Assembly (NCBI GenBank): GCA_047967505.1
Contig: CM106538.1
Strand: one strand, 5' to 3'
DNA: 64,000 bases
Source of the DNA: Dipteris shenzhenensis
Taxonomy: Eukaryota
The notes beneath the pieces were generated by a model, which worked only from the letters and a program-made list of their open reading frames with translations, was not told where the DNA came from and ran no database searches. Below, one piece after another: positions 1-10,466 of the stretch (positions are counted from its first letter, which is position 1; the number at the start of each line of letters is the position of its first letter). The translations under genes and the position numbers were made by a program.

Positions 1-529
1 GTGGCTCTGGGGAAGCGCCACTAGCAGGCTCACAGTGAGGCCCCATTATGAAAGGATGCTGACTCAGCTGTGAGCTCTGGCAGTCAAACACCAGCGACAC
101 GGGGGGCACAGATTTCATTAGAAGCCTTCCCTGCCCAGTGGGCAGACTCCCCAGCGTTAACCGGGACGTGGGGAGGTCCTCTTAGGAGGGAAGATCGGGC
201 GAGGATGAGCGAGGGCGCAAGCTAGGAGGCCAGGACGGAGGAGGTTTCCTGGTGCTATTTGAAACTATGCCAATGGAACTTGCTATGTGTATCTTTAGGC
301 ATCACCTCTAGAGAAAGATCGAATAACTCCTCCCCTTTTGGAAACCGCACGTAAGCACCTCCAAACGCGCTCCCTATGGGGAGGCCTCTAGTTCAGATCC
401 CATCCTCACCTATGGGCCCCGCCTCCTACTATTCTTTCTTGTGCACTTGCGAATGTTATTGCTCTCCAACGCTAGTTCAAATCCCCTCCAAAGGAACAAC
501 CCATGGGATTTACAACAGAGTTGGAGGGG

Positions 530-1150
530 GGGATGGAGAGGGAACGGCTTGCCAAACAAGGGTAAGCCCTCACCAAATGGCTATTCTATCTGCAGCATAG
601 GCACTCCCTAGTAGACCTGAAACTACAAAGCATTGCCTGAAGACACCTCCAACCAAAGTCTCTAGAAGTACCTTCACTCGTAGGGTATATGGGTCATTTA
701 CGAGCAACCGCACCTCCAACTCTCCTTCGTCTGAGAGTACAGAGATTGCTATGGTTGGTGTCTCAGAGTATAGTGCCAAAATAGGCCCCAATAGAAGACA
801 AGGTGGATCTAACTTAGAAGCGCAGCGTAATGGGATACCTCGACATGTGATGTGTCGCCTCCATATCATCCCTTGTGAAACTGTGGTAACAAGGGATGAA
901 GAAAACCAAATGAGGTCCACGGTAAAACTGGGCTCTGCTCCACCAAGGCCTGAGTGATGTCCAAGGAGCTAAACTAGAGTAGAAAAACAAACTTCCCGTA
1001 GATGATGATGTCATGGGATCACCTTCCAAGCCTAAACTCGCCAAGACCCAACATCAAGTGGCGATAAGGGCAACAACTCGCCCCCAACTACTTGATCTTG
1101 AAGGGAGAGGATAGCTTTCTGCAACTATTGTTTGTCCTCGAGGGGAAGGA
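530..1150 (-). pseudogene. Probable decayed L1-type LINE ORF1 relic
   Basis: ORF 570..920(-) reads WRRHITCRGIPLRC...VRLLV...QCFVVSGL. A shifted frame then gives a broken zinc knuckle (ECLCCR*NSHLVRAYP). This is the layout of plant LINE ORF1 C-termini. It has stops and frameshifts, and the boundaries are approximate. Confidence 0.4.
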
Positions 1151-1465
1151 AGATCTAGATGGTTGAGTGTGTGAAGGGCATTGCCATGTGAGCCCATACA
1201 GCCACCAAAAAGGTCACCTTCTAGGTCACCACACCTTTGTCAAACAAAACCACCATCTACTAGCAAGAGAAAGAGGTGGGCAATGGAATTCCATGAAGAC
1301 ATGAATGTGGTTTGCACATCAGACAAGAAAAAGTTTGCTACTCTCTTCAAAGGATACTCGTGGCTGCAGGACAATCATCACAACCTTGAGAATTTTTTAA
1401 ACACGTGTGGTCCCCTTGGTTGCAGCCAGCTCATTGCTGTATCCACTTTCTCTGACTATTGAACG

Positions 1466-1726
1466 TCTCATGACATGCAATGCAATTTGAGACATACCCT
1501 CCCTCCTGCATTTGGAGAGATATTCAGGCTTTTCCATGTATATCTTTGCTCTTATGTCTCATGATATGCCATGCGACTTTGGGACATACCTCCCCCCTGC
1601 ATTTGGACAGGTATTTTAGAGTTTCCATGCATTATCAAACATGCCTCATGACATGCAAGGAACATTGGGACATGACCCTCCTGCATTTTGAAAGATATTC
1701 TGGCTTTTCAATGTATAGCTTTTGCC
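1466..1726. repeat. Three degenerate ~90-bp tandem copies directly downstream of the PPR stop codon
   Basis: CTCATGAYATGC...GACAT...CCTGCATTT-GA-AG-TATT...TTT-CATG recurs at ~1466, ~1557 and ~1645. Confidence 0.8.
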
Positions 1727-1756
1727 AACCACAAAACTATGCACAATCCTGTAAAC

Positions 1757-3529
1757 TTAAGTCTGACCTGCCCTGCCCTCTTCCATGATTGTTCTCATTG
1801 CCTCAACCTTCTTCTCATCCTCCTGCATCTGAGCATCTGCATAGATGTTAGCCATCAAGACATAAGCTGCATCATCCTTCCCATCCAATTGCACTGCATG
1901 TTGAAAGGCCCGTCTTCCAAGCTCAACATTACCCCACTGTCGACAAGCACCCAATACTGTATGCCAAACTGAAAGATTAGGTTGAAAAGGCATCTGCTCG
2001 ATCATAGCTACAGCTTCATCTAATTGGCCCACACGGCAAAGGAGATCAATCATGCAATTGTGATGCTCAATGGTTGGAGTGATTCCATAGTCTTGGCTCA
2101 TGGCCTCAAAATACTCCTGGGCTTTATCAACTAGACCAGCATGATTGCATACAGTAAGAATACTAAGGAATGTGATCCCATTTGGCCTTACACCTTCACC
2201 CTTCATTCTCTCAAGCATTTGGAAAACACTTTTACCTTCTCCTAGCTGGGCATATCCTGCAAACAGTGCATTCCATGAGACTACATCCGGAGAGAGACCC
2301 TCCAGTTGCATCTGTTGGAAACAGTCCAGCGCTTCCTGACCAAGCCCATGTTGGGCATACCCTGAGATTAGTGCAGTCCATGAGATGACATCTCTAACTG
2401 GAAGCTTGTCAAATACCTCCCTTGCTTTTGCAAGAGAGCCAGATTTGGCATACATGTCCACCAAAGTGTTGCCAACAGAAGTATGTCTCTCCCACCCCTT
2501 TCTGGAAATCTTAGCATGTATTTCTCGGCCTTTCTCTATAGCTCCCATGTTGCCACAGGCTTTCAAGCTACAAACAATTGTGACAGCATCTGGAGAGACC
2601 CCCTCCAGTTGCATCTGCTCAAAACAGTTCAGGGCTTCCTCCCCAAACCCATGTTCGGTATATCCTGCAATTAGTGCAGTCCACGAGACTGCATCTCGAA
2701 CTAGAAGCGTATCGAACACTTCCTGTGCCCTGCCAAGCCAGCCACATTTGGCATACATGTCAACTAAGGTGTTTCCAAGAAAAGGATCTCTTTCCAATCC
2801 CTTTCTCGCAATCTCTGCATGTGTCTCCTGACCACTTTCCGGATCCTTCAGCCTAGCACAAGCCTTCAGAAGGGCCACAAACGTATACTTGCTAGGAAGT
2901 ACACAAGCTTTCTTCATTTTCTTGTACAGGTTGAGAGCGTGATGTGAGTCCCCACATTCAATATAACCTGTTATGAGAGAAGTCCAAGTATACTCATTCG
3001 GACTAAGCAACTTGTCAAAAACCTGCAGCGCATTGTCCACGCTTCCACACTCCACCAGCATGGGGACAAGGTAATTCCCAAGAGATCTGTGAGCTTCCAG
3101 CCCACTTTTGCACATGTAGGCATGCAAGCGCTGGGCGGACGTTCGATTTTTCTCTTTTCTGCACTTCTGCAAGAGACAAACAAAGTTCTCAAGCGAAGGT
3201 AGCTGCGGCATACGTTCTAAAGACGTGAGTGATTCCTCTAAGCTTAGTTTCTCCCAGTTACTGTTCTCTCGCAATTCTTGTTCTTGCAATGAATTCAACT
3301 GTACTCTAGACCTGTCGCTAGCCTCGCAATTGCTGGCATATTCCAGCAAGCCACAGCTTTCTGAGTTGGACCGGATTTGATCAGTGGATGCTTGAGCCCG
3401 GTGCATTCCCTTGCTTCCGGACGACTCCTCCTTGAGGACGTCTTTAACCCAACCTGGATTGTACCAGCCTTCTATCCATAGGGACTCCTTGGTCATTTTA
3501 TGCTTGAAATCTGGAGACTTTGGGGTTGC
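1757..3529 (-). CDS. Terminal exon of a PLS-class PPR protein (12 PPR motifs L-S-P-L-S-P-L-S-P-P2-L2-S2, then E1 and E2, no DYW), preceded by the second half of a PDF motif; putative organellar RNA-editing/RNA-binding factor
   Basis: The 579-aa ORF has canonical motifs (LVDMYAKCG, VSWTALI.GY..HG, TFLSIL.VC.HAGLVD, HNCMIDLL.R.GQLDEA, WHTVLGACR..GNVELG, AAYVLMANIY). The frame stays open 33 nt upstream of ATG 3496 (ATPKSPDFKHK) to a TTTCACAG acceptor at 3530-3531, with a CTGAC branch-like site at ~3553-3557. Confidence 0.93.
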   Translation of the reverse strand, partial: ATPKSPDFKHKMTKESLWIEGWYNPGWVKDVLKEESSGSKGMHRAQASTDQIRSNSESCGLLEYASNCEASDRSRVQLNSLQEQELRENSNWEKLSLEESLTSLERMPQLPSLENFVCLLQKCRKEKNRTSAQRLHAYMCKSGLEAHRSLGNYLVPMLVECGSVDNALQVFDKLLSPNEYTWTSLITGYIECGDSHHALNLYKKMKKACVLPSKYTFVALLKACARLKDPESGQETHAEIARKGLERDPFLGNTLVDMYAKCGWLGRAQEVFDTLLVRDAVSWTALIAGYTEHGFGEEALNCFEQMQLEGVSPDAVTIVCSLKACGNMGAIEKGREIHAKISRKGWERHTSVGNTLVDMYAKSGSLAKAREVFDKLPVRDVISWTALISGYAQHGLGQEALDCFQQMQLEGLSPDVVSWNALFAGYAQLGEGKSVFQMLERMKGEGVRPNGITFLSILTVCNHAGLVDKAQEYFEAMSQDYGITPTIEHHNCMIDLLCRVGQLDEAVAMIEQMPFQPNLSVWHTVLGACRQWGNVELGRRAFQHAVQLDGKDDAAYVLMANIYADAQMQEDEKKVEAMRTIMEEGRAGQT

Positions 3530-3622
3530 CTGTGAAATATCATGATAGACTCGTCAGACAAGCCAGTACGTTCGAGTACATTTACGGTCTTACCTGTGTA
3601 AATCATTTTTCCACGCACTTAC

Positions 3623-3699
3623 TTTGCTCTTTCGATTGTCCCACCACTGGGAGGGATCCCTGAAGTACTCCTGCCATAAGCGCTCTGTCCTAGACCTAC
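3623..3699 (-). CDS. Internal 77-nt exon of the PPR gene encoding the first half of an OSB-type PDF motif ((G)RSRTERLWQEYFRDPSQWWDNRKSK)
   Basis: Flanked by a CTCCGCAG acceptor (AG at 3700-3701) and a GTAAGT donor (3617-3622). Splicing in phase 0 to 3529 restores WWDNRKSK-ATPKSPDFKHK-MTKESLW. Confidence 0.88.
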
Positions 3700-3814
3700 C
3701 TGCGGAGCATAACCACATGAAAACCCAATAGCAATTAATTTGAGACTAGATTCGTGTCATAGAGAAAGACCACAATGAAACCCAAGTGCAAGAATCTGAG
3801 ATTGACTTGGAGAC

Positions 3815-4064
3815 CTGAATTCGGACTTTTTGGGGTACTTCGTGTAGAACCACTGCCTATAGGAAACGTCGAGTCCTCTGTCACTATAGCTCCCATGCCT
3901 CCCTGGCTTCCCCCCCTTATGAGCTCTTGGGGGGAAGCCGTCGGGCTGGTCATGTCGACTTTGAACTTGAGCAGGAGCTCGCGGCCTTCAGGCAGGCCAT
4001 TGTGCTCTGGCGTCTGTACGCCAGCCTCAGAGCGGTTATACTGGCTCAATCTCACTTCCTCCAT
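3815..4064 (-). CDS. Probable first coding exon of the PDF-PPR gene (MEEVRLSQ...TPKSPNS); true start may lie further upstream
   Basis: This is the 5' part of ORF 3735..4064(-). A phase-1 CAG|GT donor at 3815/3814 matches the phase of the 77-nt exon, and the 115-nt intron is T-rich. Spliced total is 250+77+1773=2100 nt (699 aa + stop). The donor (GTCTCC) is weak. Confidence 0.6.
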
Positions 4065-5472
4065 TGGGAATGCGCTCTTATTTAAAGAAGGCCATTTTAC
4101 TTCCTAAAAACTAGGGAGACCTCCCAATTTCATGGTTGAGCGTTTGGGAATAGGGAAGCTTGTCGAGACTGTGGATCGGCCACATACTACACATGTCGCA
4201 CCAAAAAGAGTGTTGACAAGTGTCACCTAGGGATGGGGGCAAAGAAATCTTTTTGGGAGCTTTTTGTTGCGAGCTTTTTCGAGACGTCAACATGAGCAAA
4301 CATGCCACAGGCAATGGCTCAAACATACGTCAAAGTGGACCCTTCAATTTGGTCAAGGCAATCGGATCTGCGGCTAACCACGCTCAGTGGTTTGTGGAGG
4401 ATCGTGGCACACAATTGGTTGTCCGTGGCCAATCACTAGTCGCCAGCAGAGGACACATGGTCAGGTCAGCAACAACTGAGCAACCAGTTAGACTTGGCAG
4501 TTGTCGACGGACGCGTGGTGGGGCGTGAGGTCTCGCACACTTGGCCAGTCAATGGTATGAGGAGCCAATCAAACCGTCGCATCGCTCGACAAAGGATACA
4601 TGACAAATAGTGGATCAGGCATAACCTGATCAACCGACCGTCACTCAAGTTTGCGGGACACAACAGCAACCCAATTAGGTGGTGGCTCCAGATGTGGGGA
4701 CCGCTCCAATGCACACGGCCAATCACGGGATCGTCCTCGTTTATAGATGCGACAAATTGACAATACACATGGTCTGCCATTGGTGGCAACCATTGCATAA
4801 GTTACACCCACAATAGATCTCACGGCTAGCCCAAAAAGCATGAGCTCGAAGCCGAGTTCAAGCCATGTTGAACAGCCATTAGGAGGCCATGGCATAGTAC
4901 TGATCAATGATGACAATGATACAATAGCTACAATGGAGGGTCCTAGAGCAGTCATTGGCATGTTGTCATACATTAGGTCTTCTCAGGGATGTCATTGAGA
5001 CTGCTTCATCAAATGTTGCACAATTCAACCACAATGGAGAAGTTGATGGAAGTTTTGACAATGTATAATGGGAACATTGCATTCGAGCTGCACCCATGCC
5101 ACATGGAGTGAGTGTAATGGATGGAATGGAGCAAAAGTATGACAGCCATTACTGGATGAAACCAATGTCGACAACATTGACATTTGCTCGCAAAGCTTGT
5201 CGTAGTAGAGGTGTGTGGGGGAACTAGAGTGTACAAACCCCCTTTGCTCCAGTAGGTCGATTAATGGATTGCCAAACCACACTGCATGGATAGGTCAGCA
5301 CACCCATTGCTGAGAAATTGAGTTAAAGAATGATGACTATGTCTCTTTGATTGCACGTTATAATCTTCTCTCATCTGGTGTAAGAAAAATGAACAACAAG
5401 ATTCCGGCTATTGGAATGTCTACTACTAGATTAGGAACCTTGGCCTGTTTCTTTTGCAAAAGGTCCCCCATT

Positions 5473-5476
5473 CACA

Positions 5477-5517
<41 letters not shown>

Positions 5518-5526
5518 CTGTGTGTG

Positions 5527-5602
<76 letters not shown>

Positions 5603-5629
5603 GCTCGCTCCCTCCCTCCCTCCCTCCCT

Positions 5630-5690
<61 letters not shown>
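5473..5690. repeat. Compound microsatellite (CA)n-(TG)n-(CT)n-(CCCT)n-(CT)n
   Basis: Directly visible. The CA run (5473-5517) is followed by its reverse-complement TG run (5519-5558), then a ~130-nt almost pure pyrimidine tract. Confidence 0.98.
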
Positions 5691-5692
<2 letters not shown>

Positions 5693-6186
5693 ATCCCTTT
5701 TGAAATGGCAGCCCATCTGGTGTAGGGTCTAGCAACCTCAACAAAGTGCGGATCTATTTGAACTCCCTCTCATCGATGATGATATATGATATGCAAATGG
5801 CAGAACCATTGTGCTAAGTGAGGATGACCCCATGATAGTAGGCAAGGGCATTCTTGTGATGGCCATCACACATGTAAATGACCACCTGCACACTACACAA
5901 GTGGAAGCCATTCAGGCGAGTGGATTGGGAGTTGTATGCTGTAAGTTGGGAATACAAACTAGTTGCAAGCCTTTGTCTTTTAAAACATTGTTTCATCTCT
6001 CTGAATGTGCATTTTTTGATTCGTCTCTTTCCAACTTTAGTCAGATATGTGAATCCGACTCTGGTAGTCCAATTACCAGAATTGGATGTGTGTTGGTGTT
6101 TTTCTCCCTTTTGAAGACACCAATAACACTATTGGTGATCCTCTACTGTGTTCAAACTCCCAACCGATTGCTGCTACATAGCAATT

Positions 6187-9100
6187 GTGCAAAACACCCT
6201 AATCTTCTATTTCTTCCATATATATATATGTATTTGAGTATTGTACATAATGGGGTTAAGGTACAGTGGCCTTTAACCCCCACAACCTCCCCCTTAAAGG
6301 CCAATGTTCCTTTAAGGGAGAACAACTAATGAGCATACTATCCAATGCCCATCAATACATGACAATACTTAAACCGCTGATTAGGTAGACTCTTTGTCAG
6401 CATATTTGTAGGGTTATCATCTATATGAACCTTGACAAGTTCTATGCGCTTGTCCTCAAGTACCTCCTTGATAAAATGGTACACCTGACCTCAATGTGTT
6501 TGGTCTTTGCATGAAAGACCGGATTCCATGCTAGTAGCTGAATAGCACTCATGGAATCACTATGCAATGTCGGTACACTTGTATGAATGCCCAAATCTCT
6601 CACTAGCTGATCAAGCCATATAGCCTCCTTGCAACCCTCTATGGCTGCAACATACTCGACCTCTGTGGTAGACAAAGCAATGCACTTCTGTGCATGAGAC
6701 AACCACGACACTACACTACTTGCAAAGGTGAACACATTACCAGAAGTGGATCTCCTGTTATCCACATGTCCTGCATAGTCAGAATATGTGTACCCAAATC
6801 ATGCATCTCTCCTCTGCCAAAGCAGATACACACCTCCTTGGTACCCGTCATGTACCTCATGATGCACTTAATTGCCTCCCCATGCCTATTTCCTAGATTA
6901 GCCATATACCCCGGCTAACAACTCCCACTGCAAAAGCAATGTTTGGTCTAGTAGCTATCAAAGCATACATAAGACTCCCAACTGCTGATGCATAAGGAAC
7001 CTTGGCCATCATGGCCCTCTCCTCATCTGATTTGGGACTATCTGCTTGACTCAATTTCACATATGGAGGCAATGGAGTACTTACTGCCTTCCCCCCCTCC
7101 ATATTGAAATGCTGCAACACTTTTGTAACATACTCCTTCTGTGAAAGCCAAAGGAGTTTCCAACTCCTGTCACGCGTGATGTGCATACCAAGAATATGAC
7201 CTACAGGTCCCAAATCCTTCATGTCAAAGGCCTCATGCAACTTGGCCTTCAATGCATCGAGCTCATAAGTGTTCTTGCTAGCCAATAACATATCATGCAC
7301 ATAAAGTGCCAAGAATATCAGGCTATTATCCTGAGCCCTTTTAGTGTAGAGACAGTGATCAATGTCACTTCTTCTGAAACCCTAGGACCGAATGAAAGCA
7401 TCAATCTTGTGATACCATTCTCTAGGCACTTGCTTAAGGCCATAGAGACTCTTTTTCAGCTTGCAAACCAAATGCTCTTTGCCATTTTCTTCAAAGCCTT
7501 CTGGCTGTATCATGTAAATTTCCTCATGCAAATCCCATGCAAGAAAGCTATCTTGACATCCATATGCATAAGCTCCATATCCTCTATTTCCACAAGTCCA
7601 AGTACACATCTAAGTGTGGTCATCTTCACAACTAGAGAGAATATCTCATCAAAGTCCACACCCTTCTCTTGCTTGAACCCTTTAGCAACCAAACGGGCCT
7701 TGTACTTAGGCACATCATCACTTGTGACCTTCATCTTGTAGACCCATTTACATGACAATTCTTTCTTTCCATGTGGCAAAGAAACCAAGTCTTAAGTCTT
7801 ATTCTTTATGAGTGAACTCATCTCTGATTGCATAGCATACTCCCACTTGCACTGATCCTCATGCATCATAGCCTCTCTGTAGAGCAAGAAGGCTCCTCGC
7901 AATCAGTAAGCATCACATAGTCTACCCCTATAACAAATCTCTTAGGTGGTCTAGACACTCTAGATGTTCTTCTCAAGGGCATTTCAGCTTGCTGTCCTGC
8001 CTGCATATCAGCCACATTTGGGTCATCATTGCCACTAATAGATGATCCATCATCTGCCCTTGATTGTGTACCTGTGGGAGTACACCATTTCTTGCACATT
8101 TGGTGCATGGACAACTTACTGTCTATCAACATATGCAAGTGGATTCACATCTTGGAAAGTGATTCTCCTCATTTCCACATCCCTCATGGGTGTCATGTAT
8201 CTTCTTCTCATTGAAGACCACATCATGGCTTCGTATGATTTTTTTAACTTCTGGATCCTAGAGACGATAGCCCATCTCTCCACTTTCACAACCCAGAAAG
8301 ATGCATTTCCTAGACTTAGGATCTAGCTTCTTTTGAAGCTCTTTTGGCACATGTGCATATGCCTCACACCCAAATATTCGCAAATGAGAGTAAGAGGGCT
8401 TCTTGCCACTCCATGCCTCTTCAGGAATACCACCATCCAAACTACTGCTAGGTGATCTATTGATCACATGCACTGCAGTCTTCATTGCCTCAGCCCAAAA
8501 ACCACCAGAAAGACTTGCATTAGAAAGCATACATTGCAACCTTTCTTGAATGGTACGGTTCATCTATTCTGCAACTGGATTTTGCTTTGGAGTATGAGGG
8601 GACGTGAGCTCCCTTTTAATCCCATGTGTATCATAGAAATGCTGAAAGTCATGAGAGACATACTCTCCACCATTATCAGTCCGTAGGCATTTAAGCATTT
8701 TACTTGACTGATTTTCAGCCAAAGCCAACCATTTTTTAAATACCTGGAACACATCGCTCTTCCAAGCTTTAGCATAAGCCCACACTTTCCTAGTTGCATC
8801 ATCAATGAATGTCACAGTATATTCAAGCCTGCCTAATGATCGTGTAGGCATGGGACCACATACGTTTGAATGCACCAAATCAAGCATTTTAAGCTCTTTG
8901 TTTCCCCTTCTTTTGTGGGCTGATTTAGTCTGATTCCCATAGAGACAATGCTCACAAAATTCAAAATCTGAAAAACTTAAATGCAGTACATAACCCAAAT
9001 GGCATAAGAGTTTCATTCCATTTTGGCTCATGTGCCCCAACCTACAATGCCACAAAGAAGTACTTGGCTGATCAGTTTTTGCAACAACATGATCAGACAC

Positions 9101-9724
9101 CCCTGATACATGTAAGGGATACAAAGTCCCACACTTGGCACCCATGGCCAAAACCATAGAGCCCTTCTGAATTTTCCAACTCTGAAAGCCAAAAGTGGTA
9201 TGAAAACTAGCATCATCTAGCTGACCCGCTGAAATAAGACTCTTGGTCAACTTAGGCACATGTCTCACATTTTTCAAAACAAATGCAGCCCATTTGCAAA
9301 AGAAAACTTTATGTCACTTGCTCCCACTATGTCACATGCATAGTTATTTCCAAGATGCATACAACCTGTCTTTCCATTGTCATAAGTGGAGAACCATTCC
9401 CTATGGGGAGTAACATGGAATGAAGCACCAGAATTCAAAATCCAATCCTGGGAATATGCATCATCTGAAGTGGTGAGCAAGTCTGCAGCAGGTAGACTAG
9501 ACATGAAGAGAATGTCATTGTCACTATCATTAGTGACTGCATTAATCTCCTCGATCTTCATTTTTCCTTTGTCCTCCCTTGGACTCTCTTCCTTCTTATT
9601 TGCATGCCAATTTGCATTCTTTTTCTTGTCCTTTTGCTCTCTTTTTAGCTTGTAGCAATCCTTTTTCATATGGCCCTTCTTGCCACAGTGGTAACACTCA
9701 ATGTTCCCATGCCCTGGATTTGCT
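6187..9724 (-). mobile_element. Truncated, degenerate Ty1/copia family B copy: end of gag, PR, IN, RT, RH, PPT and partial 3' LTR (6187-6284)
   Basis: Collinear with the full-length element at 36464-42611. Fragments include WILNSGASFH, LWHCRLGHMS, YKARLVAKGF, ALYVHDML and FHAKTKHIEVR. Many frameshifts. The 5' end is replaced by family A sequence at 9725. Confidence 0.92.
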
Positions 9725-10385
9725 GCTGCATGTGAGGCAGCTTGGTTGCATAAGCTACGTTATGATATGCATCAGTCTACAGATGGGCTAGTTGTCATTT
9801 ATTGTGACAACATGAGCAGTATACACTTGGCAAATAACCCAGTCTATCATGCTAGAACAAAGCACATTGAGATGCATTATCACTATGTGTGGGAGAACAT
9901 TCTAGTAGGTTTTATTGATCTGGTTTATGTTAGCACAGAGGATCAGGTAGCTGACATATTCACAAAGGCATTGGGTGCAGAGAAGCTACGCAAGTTTAGA
10001 GACCCACTTGGTGTGCAGGAATTGGGATTGAGCTCAAGGGGGAGTGTTGAGATATCGTACTCCACTCGTGATATGCTAGGGTGACCATTGTGCATTTATG
10101 TCACCGACTTGTTAGCTACAGATGCGGTTGGTACAGTGCCCATGAATAATAGCTGGATGATAGCTATCTTTATGTACTCCTTTTAGTGGCTCAGTTAGTA
10201 TGCCACCTAGGTTAGCTGAGTTTGGTTTGAGACCCACATATAGGGTTCAAAGAGAGAGTTCTTTTGTCTTACACAACTAAGAAGAGGAAAACTGTTTTCA
10301 GCCTCCACCTTTGTGTGTATTCCCCCTTTGTGTATGTGAGAAAGCTGCAAGTGAGACTCCTTACTTCTCTCCCACTCTCTTCACA
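9725..10385 (+). mobile_element. 3' fragment of copia family A (RNase H end, PPT, 3' LTR 10045-10385) fused to the family B copy
   Basis: AACEAAWLHKL...YHARTKHIEMHYH...QVADIFTKAL, followed by an AGGGGGAG PPT and TGTTGAGATATC...CTTCACA, matching the LTRs at 45179 and 50489. Confidence 0.92.
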
Positions 10386-10466
10386 ACAGGATTTAGAAGG
10401 AGGCTTAAGGTTTAGAAGGAGTTACATGGCTTAAGGTGCTTTCGGCCTTTCACCTCCATTGGGGGT

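Noticed and set aside
2145-3192. Antisense and alternate-frame ORFs over the PPR gene and over the pol genes
   Set aside because: Shadow ORFs of real coding sequence.
3530-3593. Alternative 64-nt intron using the CAG|GTAAG donor at 3593
   Set aside because: It puts an in-frame TGA just upstream and breaks the PDF motif. The 3622 donor restores the motif. It could still be a minor isoform.
4330-5440. Short ORFs upstream of the PPR gene
   Set aside because: No recognisable domain; probably decayed repeat sequence or promoter region.
5347-5744. Several ORFs with HT/CV/ER/SL repeats
   Set aside because: These are translations of microsatellites.
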